64,000 nucleotides of DNA from a virus (Duplodnaviria; Caudoviricetes), in IMG/VR virus record IMGVR_UViG_3300033076_000375, positions 96,001 through 160,000 of that record; one strand, given 5' to 3'. A program made the translations under genes and the position numbers. Below the pieces are notes generated by a model that was not told the origin of the DNA, searched no databases, and saw only the letters and a list, made by a program, of their open reading frames with translations. Below, piece after piece: positions 37,407-46,601 of this stretch. The number at the start of each line of letters is the position of its first letter. The first letter of the stretch is position 1.

Positions 37407-39736
37407 TGGGACGTAGATCCAACTACGGACTCATTGGTCCAAAGTCTTCCACTTCGGGCTTTTTTGCTATGTCTGATATTCAACAGCTTATTCAAGCTGG
37501 TATATTTGGCACTGGTACTACTGGGACTCCCGTAGTAAATTTCTTCACCTCTTCGACAACTTGGACTGTTCCTGCGGGAATCACATCAATAGACGTTTTG
37601 GTTGTAGCTGCCGGCGGTGGAGGACAAATTAACTTTGGTGGTGGCGGTGGTGCCGGCGGAGCAATTTCGAACTTAAACTATGCAGTAACACCGGGTGCAA
37701 CATTTACAATTACTATCGGCGCTGGCGGAACAGGTAACGGCGGTAACTCATCATTCGGACCTATTACAGCAACCGGCGGAGGCGCTGGTGGTGGTAACAC
37801 AGGTGGTTCAGGTGGTGGTAACTCTGGTAACGGTGCAGTAACACCCGGAGGTGCAGGTACAGCAAATCAAGGTTATGCAGGCGGCGCTGGAGGTAAAGTA
37901 GGTGGTGGAAGTACTTCAGGTAATAGTTCTGGTGGTGGCGGTGGCGGTGGCGCCACATCTGCAGGCACTGATGCTGGCTTACTCACTTCAGGAAACGGCG
38001 GCACAGGTATTCAATGGCCTGCAAATTCAGGAACATATTACGCAAGTGGCGGTGGCGGCGGTGGCTATGCAGGCTACGGTGTTGCAGCTGGCATAGCAAG
38101 CGCTGGCGGCGGCGGAAATGGAACTGCTACTACAAATACATCAGGCGCAAACGGTACAGCTAACACCGGTGGCGGCGGCGGTGGTGGTGGTGGCGGAGGT
38201 AGTGGTGGAAACTCTAACGGCGGCTCTGGTATTGTAGTTGTAAAATATACAATCTCAAATAGCGCAACTTTTACATCATCCGGAACATGGACATGTCCAG
38301 GTGGAGTAACTTCAGTTGAAGCACTAGTCGTTGCTGGTGGTGGTGGTGGCGGACAAACCATTGCCGGCGGTGGTGGTGGCGGCGGCGTACAGTATTCTTC
38401 ATCAGTTGCGGTAACACCAGGAACTACCTATAGTATTGTTGTAGGTGCAGGCGGTGCCGGCGCAGCAGGTAACACAGGAACATATAATACTGACTATGGT
38501 GCTGACGGGTCGAATAGTTCTTTTGCCTCATTGACTGCTCTCAAAGGCGGTGGCGGTGCAAGTTTCGGCGGCGGCTCGAATGGTTTAGGATCAGGTTCAA
38601 TTGGCTCTGGCGGTGGACAGGGTGGTAATGCAACTGGCGTCAGGGTAGGTACTGTTGGTCAGGGAAATTCAGGCGGTAATGCTTCTGCTAACTCTAACGG
38701 CGGAGGCGGTGGAGGAGGAGCTGGAACTGCTGGTTCTAATGGAACAGCTTCTGTTGCCGGCAATGGCGGCTTAGGAATCTACTATAACATTTCGGGTACT
38801 ATGACAGGTTATGCTGGTGGCGGCGGTGGTGGAGCACGTTCTGGTAGCGCTACACCCGGTACTGCAACTGAGGGTGGCGGTAACGGAAGCTCAGGTAATG
38901 CTACTAGTGCAACCGCTAACACTGGCGGTGGTGGTGGTGGCGGTGGCTATGCAGGAACTACTTCATACGCAGGTGGCAACGGAGGCTCTGGTATTGTAAT
39001 TTTAAAATGGGCTGGTATCACTGCAGGACAATCTTCTACTTCAGTTCAGTATTTTACCGTGGGTGGAGGAAGTGGATCTACTGGTGGTGTGTCTGGGGTT
39101 AATTATGGATCTGGTGGTGCATCAGGTGTTGTTAGAACAGGAACTGCTACAGTTGTTCCAGGAACTACATACTCTATTACTGTTGGCGCAGGTGGTACTG
39201 GCACCAATGGTGTTACTGCTGGTTCAGGTGGTTCATCTACTATAACCGGTTCAGGTTTTACTGCGATTACTGCTACCGGTGGTATTGGTCCAACGACTGG
39301 CTTTGCAGGCGGTAATAACGCTGACTACATTGGCGCTTCTAGTGGAGGAGGCGGTACTGCTGCCGGTGGCGGAGCCGGTGCAGGTGCAAGCGCAACAGCA
39401 TCTAGTATGTCAGGTGGTATAGGCGTATCTATTAACTGGTCAGGCACTAACACATACTATGGCGGCGGTGGCGGTGGCGGTGACACTGGTGTAGGTGGAC
39501 AAGGCGGTGGTGGCTCAAGTTCAGCCGGTAGTCCTGTTGCAGGAACAACTAATACAGGCGGCGGAGCCGGTGGTGGAAATGCATCGTCCGGTGGCGCCAA
39601 TGGAGGCTCGGGTGTGGTAATTGTTAGACAAATTGCGACAGCTTTGGCTGCGACTACTACCGGGACAGTTACATCTACTACACTGTTGGGTTATAGATTA
39701 TATACCTTTACTGGGTCTGGTACAATCACTTTCTAA
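37406..39736 (+). CDS. Glycine-rich adhesin-like protein, three domains
   Basis: Three V.GGG..GGSG.V units; N-terminal RRSNYGLIG. Confidence 0.85.
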   Translation: MGRRSNYGLIGPKSSTSGFFAMSDIQQLIQAGIFGTGTTGTPVVNFFTSSTTWTVPAGITSIDVLVVAAGGGGQINFGGGGGAGGAISNLNYAVTPGATFTITIGAGGTGNGGNSSFGPITATGGGAGGGNTGGSGGGNSGNGAVTPGGAGTANQGYAGGAGGKVGGGSTSGNSSGGGGGGGATSAGTDAGLLTSGNGGTGIQWPANSGTYYASGGGGGGYAGYGVAAGIASAGGGGNGTATTNTSGANGTANTGGGGGGGGGGGSGGNSNGGSGIVVVKYTISNSATFTSSGTWTCPGGVTSVEALVVAGGGGGGQTIAGGGGGGGVQYSSSVAVTPGTTYSIVVGAGGAGAAGNTGTYNTDYGADGSNSSFASLTALKGGGGASFGGGSNGLGSGSIGSGGGQGGNATGVRVGTVGQGNSGGNASANSNGGGGGGGAGTAGSNGTASVAGNGGLGIYYNISGTMTGYAGGGGGGARSGSATPGTATEGGGNGSSGNATSATANTGGGGGGGGYAGTTSYAGGNGGSGIVILKWAGITAGQSSTSVQYFTVGGGSGSTGGVSGVNYGSGGASGVVRTGTATVVPGTTYSITVGAGGTGTNGVTAGSGGSSTITGSGFTAITATGGIGPTTGFAGGNNADYIGASSGGGGTAAGGGAGAGASATASSMSGGIGVSINWSGTNTYYGGGGGGGDTGVGGQGGGGSSSAGSPVAGTTNTGGGAGGGNASSGGANGGSGVVIVRQIATALAATTTGTVTSTTLLGYRLYTFTGSGTITF

Positions 39737-39745
39737 GAATAAATA
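39737..39745 (+). promoter_or_regulatory. Late-like promoter GAATAAATA, probably giving a leaderless mRNA
   Basis: Ends 5 nt before ATG 39751; no SD present. Confidence 0.45.
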
Positions 39746-39750
39746 TTATT

Positions 39751-40281
39751 ATGGCTCTAAGTTTTCCTTCATCACCGACAAACGGACAAACATATACATA
39801 TAGTGGTACAACATACACATATGACGGAAAACGCTGGGTAGCAAAAACTAACACAGTATCACAGGCATCAACAAACGTAAATTTAGCAAACGTTGCCCCT
39901 AGTAATCCTGCTCAAGGACAACTTTGGATGAATTCAGATACTGGAACTATTTCAGTTTATGCGCTCGGCGGCTGGGTTTCTATCGGAAGTATCAACAGTA
40001 CAATTGCCGCAGGTTCAATCACTGGATCTATGATTGCCAATACTACTATTACTGGTAATAATATTGTTAATAGCACAATTACAGCACTACAAATTGCCGA
40101 CGGTGCAATCACTTCAACTAAATTAGCATCCGGTGCAGCAGTACCTAGCCAGACTGGCAATTCAGGTAAGTACTTAACTACAAACGGAACTACTGCATCT
40201 TGGGCAACCGTTTCTGCCGGTGCAAGTAACACATCAATTAGAGCCCAAGCAATGACTATGGGTATTATATTCGGAGGATAA
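39751..40281 (+). CDS. Short fibre with FPxxP N-terminus and type-B C-terminal peptide
   Basis: MALSFPSSPTNGQTYTY; PAQGQLWMNSDTG; ends AQAMTMGIIFGG. Confidence 0.8.
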   Translation: MALSFPSSPTNGQTYTYSGTTYTYDGKRWVAKTNTVSQASTNVNLANVAPSNPAQGQLWMNSDTGTISVYALGGWVSIGSINSTIAAGSITGSMIANTTITGNNIVNSTITALQIADGAITSTKLASGAAVPSQTGNSGKYLTTNGTTASWATVSAGASNTSIRAQAMTMGIIFGG

Positions 40282-40282
40282 C

Positions 40283-40633
40283 ATGGCAGCACCAAATTTA
40301 TTAGGTACTACTACAGTAACAGGAAAAACAGCTTTAGCAACATTGTCAACAGTAACAAGTAACGTTATTACAAATTCAAGTGCCAGTAGCACAGTGGATA
40401 AATTAAATGCTATTGTGTTGAGTAACAATACAGGAACGGCAGTCACTGCTAATGTAATGATTAATCGTAGTTCATCGGTGTATTACATAGGTGGAAATGT
40501 TGCTATACCTGCCAACTCAACGTTGGCTTTGTTAGGTAAAGACACCAGTGTATACTTAGAAGAAGGTGACGTTTTGCAAGCAAATTCGTCAGCAACCGTG
40601 AGTATAATAGCTAGTTATGAATTAATGAGTTAA
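40283..40633 (+). CDS. Type-B adaptor (116 aa)
   Basis: MAAPNLL..VYLEEGDVL..SYELMS. Confidence 0.85.
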   Translation: MAAPNLLGTTTVTGKTALATLSTVTSNVITNSSASSTVDKLNAIVLSNNTGTAVTANVMINRSSSVYYIGGNVAIPANSTLALLGKDTSVYLEEGDVLQANSSATVSIIASYELMS

Positions 40634-40636
40634 TGA

Positions 40637-41593
40637 ATGAGATCCAGAGCAAACTACGGTATTATAGGAGCTATACAATCATCGCCGCCGACAGGAGCAG
40701 CCTATTCCTCTATGGATCACTTTTTTGCAGTAAAGTCAGGACTATTGCCCACAGCGGTAACCGCAGTTGAAATATTACTTGTAGCAGGCGGCGGCGGCGG
40801 AGGGGGCAACGGCGGCGGTGGTGGTGGCGCCGGCGGTCTTTTATATTATGGTGCAGAAACTCCTAAATTACCTAGCGGTTCAGCAATGTCAGTTACTTTG
40901 GGTACTACGTATACAGTTACTGTCGGAGCAGGTGGTGCAACAGCTCCTAATACTAATGGTTCTTCCTCTTCTCAAGCCAACGGCTCAAATACAGTTTTAT
41001 TAAACGGAGCTACTGCTATATACACCGCAATTGGCGGCGGCGGAGCTGCTAGTAGAGACTATGGCGGCGCCGGCGCATCCGGTGGCTCAGGCGGAGGCGG
41101 AGCAGGATATGGTCAAGGTACTCAGGGTAGTGCTGCGTCAAACAGTGGAGCAGGAACCGCAGGACAAGGATATTCAGGTGGTAACGGTACAGGTGACTTG
41201 GGTGTAAACGCGGCAGGCGGTGGAGGTGGTGGCGCATTCTCAGTGGGAACTGCTGGTGCCAGCGCACAGGGCGGCGCCGGAGGGGTAGGATTACAGTATA
41301 GTATTTCTGGGTCAGCTTCATATTATGCAGGCGGCGGCGGTGGTGGTACAACTTTGAACGGACCGGGCGGTGCTGGTGGCAATGGTGGTGGTGGTACAGG
41401 AAATACTAGCGCAGGCACAGTCAACACCGGCGGCGGCGGTGGTGGCGGTCGTGCAGGAGGTTCAGGTATAGTGATAATTAGACATCCTGTTCAATACACT
41501 CCCGGCATTATTACAGGTACAGCAACATCAGCAATCGTGGGATCGTATAGAGTATACACTTTCACTGGATCAGGAACAATCACATTCTATTAA
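40637..41593 (+). CDS. Glycine-rich adhesin-like protein, one domain
   Basis: N-terminal SRANYGIIG; ILLVAGGG..GGSGIVIIRH..YRVYTFTGSGTITF. Confidence 0.85.
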   Translation: MRSRANYGIIGAIQSSPPTGAAYSSMDHFFAVKSGLLPTAVTAVEILLVAGGGGGGGNGGGGGGAGGLLYYGAETPKLPSGSAMSVTLGTTYTVTVGAGGATAPNTNGSSSSQANGSNTVLLNGATAIYTAIGGGGAASRDYGGAGASGGSGGGGAGYGQGTQGSAASNSGAGTAGQGYSGGNGTGDLGVNAAGGGGGGAFSVGTAGASAQGGAGGVGLQYSISGSASYYAGGGGGGTTLNGPGGAGGNGGGGTGNTSAGTVNTGGGGGGGRAGGSGIVIIRHPVQYTPGIITGTATSAIVGSYRVYTFTGSGTITFY

Positions 41594-41602
41594 GGATAAA
41601 TA

Positions 41603-42961
41603 ATGGCACTCAGTTTCCCAAGTAACCCAACTACAAATCAAATATACACTTACAATGGTAAAGCATGGATATTTGATGGGTCAGTTTGGAGTCAAACAAA
41701 CCCAGTAGTTCTAGAAACTGCGGGACCTAACACAGTAGTGACAACATCAATTGCCGACGGGGCAGTTACAGCAGTTAAATTAGCAGCCGGTGCAGCAGTA
41801 CCGAGTCAAACTGGTAATTCAGGCAAATACCTAACCACAAATGGGACAACAGCATCATGGGCTACTGTAGACTCACTTCCCAATCAAGCTACTAACTCGG
41901 GTAAGTATCTAACAACTGATGGTACAACTGCATCTTGGGCAACTGTGTCAACAGCACTGGCAGATGGCTCTATAACAAATGCTAAGTTAGCCGCCGGCGC
42001 CGTTACTGCTGATAAAATTACCGCTGGTACCGGTTACTTTCCGTTAGCAATCGGAAACACATTGCAGCGCCCTAGCTCGCCTGCGGCAGGATTCTTGCGC
42101 ATCAACAGCGAGACAAATTATCTCGAAGCATATTTTGGAAATGCGTGGATTGGATTTAGCTACTTAGGTGGCATATTTGCTACAGGTGGTTCTTCAGTGA
42201 CTACATCAGGTAATTATAGAATTCATACATTTACTAGTAGCGGGACATTAACGATAGCTTCTGCGAATCCAGCATACGGCATAGAAGTATTAGTAGTCGG
42301 AGGCGGGGGCGGAGCCGGCAACGGTGGTTCCTCAAGTTATGAATCAGGTGGCGGAGGTGCAGGTGGTTTAGTTTACAAATTAAGCACCCCAGTAAATACA
42401 GGTGATGTGTATGCAGTTACAGTTGGCGCCGGTGGCGCATCGGCTGCAAGTGGAGGAAACAGTTCCATCGGTTCATTATTTACTGCATTGGGTGGTGGCG
42501 CCGGAGCAAGTAATGGTGGAGTGGGACAATCGGGTGGTTCAGGTGGTGGTGGAACACATAACGGTACCGCAGGTGCAGCAGGAACACAAACAACCAGTGT
42601 CGCAATTAATGCGGATTCTAAAACATATGGTTTCGGTAACGCAGGCGCAAACGGAGCAACATCACTAGGGGGTGGTGGCGGTGGCGCAGGTGCAGCCGGC
42701 TCAGGCAGTCAAGGTGGAATTGGTAAGTCATATGATATCAGCGGGTCAGCTTCATATTATGCAGGCGGTGGCGGCGGCGGAAATGGAACAAACAACGGAA
42801 CACCGACAACCGGAGGAGGTGGTGCAGGCACAACAGGAACACCTGGTGGTAACGGTACAGCCGGGACCGGAGGCGGCGGCGGCGGCTGCGCAGGTTCAGT
42901 TAGTGCAGTTGGTGGCAACGGTGGTTCGGGTATTGTCATAGTCAAATATAGATTCCAATAA
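41603..42961 (+). CDS. Fibre shaft fused directly to a glycine-rich domain
   Basis: N-terminal half like 36467 and 39751; G.T.QRPSSP..G.LR.N.ET..LE.Y module; then one Gly-rich domain. Confidence 0.85.
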   Translation: MALSFPSNPTTNQIYTYNGKAWIFDGSVWSQTNPVVLETAGPNTVVTTSIADGAVTAVKLAAGAAVPSQTGNSGKYLTTNGTTASWATVDSLPNQATNSGKYLTTDGTTASWATVSTALADGSITNAKLAAGAVTADKITAGTGYFPLAIGNTLQRPSSPAAGFLRINSETNYLEAYFGNAWIGFSYLGGIFATGGSSVTTSGNYRIHTFTSSGTLTIASANPAYGIEVLVVGGGGGAGNGGSSSYESGGGGAGGLVYKLSTPVNTGDVYAVTVGAGGASAASGGNSSIGSLFTALGGGAGASNGGVGQSGGSGGGGTHNGTAGAAGTQTTSVAINADSKTYGFGNAGANGATSLGGGGGGAGAAGSGSQGGIGKSYDISGSASYYAGGGGGGNGTNNGTPTTGGGGAGTTGTPGGNGTAGTGGGGGGCAGSVSAVGGNGGSGIVIVKYRFQ

Positions 42962-42970
42962 AGGTAAAAA

Positions 42971-43750
42971 ATGTCAATTTTAAAATTAGAACCACAAATA
43001 GCAAACAGTTCAGCAAACTTCGCATTCGGTAATGTGTTTGCTAGTAACTTCTATTATGCTAACGGACAGGCGTTTTCGGGAGGATCCGTAAAGTTTACAG
43101 CAACAACTACACCGCCTTCAGCTAACAACAGCCCGGGTGACCAATGGTTTAATACCACATCACAAACGTTATATGAATATATCAATGACGGTACTGGTAA
43201 CTATTGGGTTGATGTACAATCTCCTACTATCTCCTCATCGGCATCAACTATCATGCAAAATGGAAATAGTAGCATTTCTTTGGCTCAAAGTGGAAACTTA
43301 TCAATCAATATTGCAGGTACAAACAACGTATTAGTTGCATCGAATACTGGTGCTACTGTATCCGGTGGTTTAACTGTTAGTGGTACTACATCAATAAAAC
43401 TGACATCTGAAGTATATGTTTCCCAGACAGGAGCAACCGGTATCGTTAGCCATGATTTATCTACTGGTGGAACTTTCTACCATACTAATCCGTTAGCTAA
43501 CTTTACTGCCAACTTCATTAATGTGCCTACTACTGATTCAAGAATTATAGAAGTTTCGCTCATTATTTCACAAGCCGGCACCGCGTATATGCCTACAACA
43601 GTTCAAATAGATGGTTCTTCTCAGACGGTTAAATGGTTGGGTAGTTCGACCCCTAGCGGAAATGCTTCTAAGACTGATATTGTAACTTTCAAACTTCAAA
43701 GAGTTTCAAGTTCTTGGGTAGTTTACGGACAATCATCTGTATTCGGTTAA
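42971..43750 (+). CDS. Short fibre with type-C C-terminal domain
   Basis: GGTFYH..F.NVPTT..IISQ..VKWLG..PSG..KTDIVTF..W.VYGQSS. Confidence 0.8.
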   Translation: MSILKLEPQIANSSANFAFGNVFASNFYYANGQAFSGGSVKFTATTTPPSANNSPGDQWFNTTSQTLYEYINDGTGNYWVDVQSPTISSSASTIMQNGNSSISLAQSGNLSINIAGTNNVLVASNTGATVSGGLTVSGTTSIKLTSEVYVSQTGATGIVSHDLSTGGTFYHTNPLANFTANFINVPTTDSRIIEVSLIISQAGTAYMPTTVQIDGSSQTVKWLGSSTPSGNASKTDIVTFKLQRVSSSWVVYGQSSVFG

Positions 43751-43767
43751 TATGACAATAATGTACA

Positions 43768-43776
43768 GACTAAATA
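43768..43776 (+). promoter_or_regulatory. T4-late-like promoter GACTAAATA
   Basis: Intergenic; +6 nt AAGG; 18 nt before the ATG. Confidence 0.7.
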
Positions 43777-43794
43777 TTAAATAAGGTTCAATAC

Positions 43795-45192
43795 ATGTCA
43801 TTTCCAATAAATCCAATTAATGGTCAACTCTCAACTGTCAATGGTATAACATACACCTACGATAGCTCGATGAATAGCTGGACTCGTGTTCAGACTGTTC
43901 TTCCTACCATGTCGATTAATGTCGATACTTTCATTAGTAACGGGTCCACACTTCAATACACATTAAGTGTAACACCTAGCACAAAAGAACTTGTATCGGT
44001 AAACATTGATGGTGTGCTACAACAAAAAACTGCGTATACACTAAGTTCAAACATTTTGACATTGACAGGTACACCATTAAATGGAGCTGTCATTGAAGTG
44101 AAAACAATGGTATCTTCAGTATCATCTGTATTGACTGGTTTAGTATTTGATACATTTACAGGAACAGGGTCTCAAGTTGATTTTGTTCTAAGCGTCTCAC
44201 CTACAAGCAGGAACTTTACTATAGTTACAGTTAACGGCGTGACTCAGCAGAAACCATCATATGTTGTATCAGGCTCTACTTTGAGTTTTACTAGTGCTCC
44301 TGCAAACTCGGCTGTGATAGAAGTTATGACATTTGGTCCAGCTATCACTTCAATGTTGGCAGCAGGATCTTCAACACATATTCAATACAACGCCAATGGT
44401 ACATTGTCAGGATCACCTGCATTGTCATTTGATTCTACATCAAACACGTTATCAACTACTAACATTTCTCTTTCGGGTAGTTCAGTTGTTTCTGGAAACT
44501 TAGTTGTTGGTGGTAGCATCACTGGTAACATTAGTTTGAATTCTTCAGTTAAAGTGGCAAACGGGTTATACTCTACTAATGATTACTCGGGAACCTTCAC
44601 TGATGGTATTGTTGTTGACTATGTTACTGGCACTGGTAGAATCTCAGTTGGTACTAATGATGGAATTAGTTTCTATAACAACGGCATTGCAAGTAATGCG
44701 ATATTCTCAATTGGTACTACTGGAAACGCCACTGTTACTGGAGCATTGAGTGTTGCATCCGGCGCAAACATTTTAGGAAACACATCGACAGGTAATTTAT
44801 CTGTTTCAGGTAATCTATCGGTTGTGGGCGCAATGACGTTGCAACAAACGTTTGAAGTATTGAACGTTGTAAATTCTCCTACAGGTACTGTAGTGTACGA
44901 TTTTACAACAGGTGGAACTTTCTATCACGCCGCACCATCATCTGCATGGGTTGTTAATTTAACTAACTTACCTACAACTGCGAACAGGATTATGGTTGCA
45001 GTCTTTATTATAAATCAAGGTGCTACTGGTTATGCACCGAGTGCATATCAAATAAACGGCTCTGCTGTCACTGTTAAGTGGTTGAACTCAACATCACCTT
45101 CTGCATCAAGTAACAAAATTGATATCATATCATTATCATGTATGTACACTGGTTCATGGATCGTGATGGGTCAATCTTCAAATTATACATAA
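43795..45192 (+). CDS. Fibre with FPxxP N-terminus, two beta-sandwich modules and type-C C-terminal domain
   Basis: C-terminal domain is colinear with that of 42971-43750 (GGTFYH..NLPTT..VKWL..KIDII..W.VMGQSS). Confidence 0.8.
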   Translation: MSFPINPINGQLSTVNGITYTYDSSMNSWTRVQTVLPTMSINVDTFISNGSTLQYTLSVTPSTKELVSVNIDGVLQQKTAYTLSSNILTLTGTPLNGAVIEVKTMVSSVSSVLTGLVFDTFTGTGSQVDFVLSVSPTSRNFTIVTVNGVTQQKPSYVVSGSTLSFTSAPANSAVIEVMTFGPAITSMLAAGSSTHIQYNANGTLSGSPALSFDSTSNTLSTTNISLSGSSVVSGNLVVGGSITGNISLNSSVKVANGLYSTNDYSGTFTDGIVVDYVTGTGRISVGTNDGISFYNNGIASNAIFSIGTTGNATVTGALSVASGANILGNTSTGNLSVSGNLSVVGAMTLQQTFEVLNVVNSPTGTVVYDFTTGGTFYHAAPSSAWVVNLTNLPTTANRIMVAVFIINQGATGYAPSAYQINGSAVTVKWLNSTSPSASSNKIDIISLSCMYTGSWIVMGQSSNYT

Positions 45193-45193
45193 T

Positions 45194-46174
45194 ATGCCTA
45201 AGTTTTCATCAGTTGCTGGGGGCTTCGTGGGTCCGGGTGCAAGAGTGTTATCATTACCCCCTAGTGCATTTTTATCTGCGTCCGGCGGTGTAGTAACTAC
45301 TTCAGGTAGTTACAAATATCATACGTTCTTAACATCTGGTACTTTTACAGTAACAACGGTTGGAACTACCCCTACAATCGGTAATAAAGTAGAAGTTCTC
45401 ATGGTTGCAGGAGGCGGTGGCGGCGGAACTGGTGCAGGTTGGGGAGCAAACGCTGGCGGCGGAGGTGGTGGTGCAGGCGGATTGATTGATAAATTGACTG
45501 TAAACACTGCATCAATAACCGTAACAGCTACAGGCTACAGCATTGTAATTGGTGCCGGCGGTACTGGAAGTATTGGTACTGGATCTGGCTCGGGAGCAAC
45601 ATTCACTGCGGCAACTAACGGAGGTGACTCTTCTGGCTTCGGGTTCACTGTTTTAGGCGGCGGCGGCGCCGGGTCATATACTCCTTATCAAGCTATTACT
45701 GCTGGTGCAAATGGAGGCTCAGGTGGCGGAGGTCCCTCAACTGGTAGTGGTCAAGGCAAAGCAGGTGGCACAGCAACACAACCCAGTTCAGCTTCTGGTG
45801 GATATGGTTTTGCCGGTGGAGCATCTTGGGGTAATGACTCAACTGGCGCCGGCGGCGGCGGTGGAGGTGCAGGCGCAGTAGGTGTTACTGGCACGGCAGG
45901 CGTTTGCGGAGCAGGCGGTGTAGGCAGACTTTATTCAGACTGGGCAACTGCAACATTAACCGGTCATTCTGGATACTATGCAGGTGGTGGCGGAGCAGCC
46001 CGCGGTGCAGCAACTACACAGGGTGCAGGCGGCACAGGGGGTGGTGGCGCAGGTGTTAACGGAAACGGAACTCCCGGGACAGCAAACACTGGTGGTGGTG
46101 GAGGCGGTGGCTCTGGTAATACTTCAGGTAATGGTGGTTCTGGTATTGTCATTATCAGATATCAATATCAGTAA
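45194..46174 (+). CDS. Glycine-rich adhesin-like protein, one domain (type-C payload)
   Basis: MPKFSSVAGGF start; VEVLMVAGGG..GGSGIVIIRYQYQ. Confidence 0.85.
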   Translation: MPKFSSVAGGFVGPGARVLSLPPSAFLSASGGVVTTSGSYKYHTFLTSGTFTVTTVGTTPTIGNKVEVLMVAGGGGGGTGAGWGANAGGGGGGAGGLIDKLTVNTASITVTATGYSIVIGAGGTGSIGTGSGSGATFTAATNGGDSSGFGFTVLGGGGAGSYTPYQAITAGANGGSGGGGPSTGSGQGKAGGTATQPSSASGGYGFAGGASWGNDSTGAGGGGGGAGAVGVTGTAGVCGAGGVGRLYSDWATATLTGHSGYYAGGGGAARGAATTQGAGGTGGGGAGVNGNGTPGTANTGGGGGGGSGNTSGNGGSGIVIIRYQYQ

Positions 46175-46176
46175 TA

Positions 46177-46185
46177 CGATAAATA
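46177..46185 (+). promoter_or_regulatory. T4-late-like promoter CGATAAATA
   Basis: Intergenic; +6 nt AGGA; 17 nt before the ATG. Confidence 0.65.
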
Positions 46186-46202
46186 TAGTATAGGACTGAC
46201 AT

Positions 46203-46598
46203 ATGGCACTAACTACAATCAAATCATCCAGCTTTGACTCAACCTCTCCGGTTATCTCACCGTCGTTATGTGATAACATAAGCAACATGTTTGATGGGTC
46301 AAAGACTGTTTTTCCCTTAACGGTGTCTCAGACCAGCATAAATACAGTAACGGATTCCAAAGATGTTACTGTAATTCTAAATGGTCGTTATTTAGAACCA
46401 TATGTCAAAGAAATTACATATCCTTGGATACCAGAATACGATTCATCAAAAGGATATAGAGTGACAGGTAGCAATCTTTGTATATACAATGCACCAGATG
46501 CAGGCGATACATGTATTGTAATGATAACAGGTGCAAGTCAAACTGCACAAACTCGTAAATACCCATTCTCCCCAACAACAATCGCACTAGGACTATAA
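46203..46598 (+). CDS. Small virion protein with one beta-sandwich module
   Basis: FDGSKTVFPL..VILNG..LEP..Y.V.GS.L..AP..GD; ends YPFSPTTIALGL. Confidence 0.7.
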   Translation: MALTTIKSSSFDSTSPVISPSLCDNISNMFDGSKTVFPLTVSQTSINTVTDSKDVTVILNGRYLEPYVKEITYPWIPEYDSSKGYRVTGSNLCIYNAPDAGDTCIVMITGASQTAQTRKYPFSPTTIALGL

Positions 46599-46601
46599 CA
46601 A

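Noticed and set aside
41595-41602. GATAAATA before ATG 41603 as a promoter
   Set aside because: It abuts the start codon and overlaps the SD, so a transcript starting there would miss the AUG.
14340-46140. GGY runs and 42-bp repeats as CRISPR arrays or phase-variable microsatellites
   Set aside because: They are in-frame coding repeats with mixed codons; there is no repeat-spacer structure and no cas genes.
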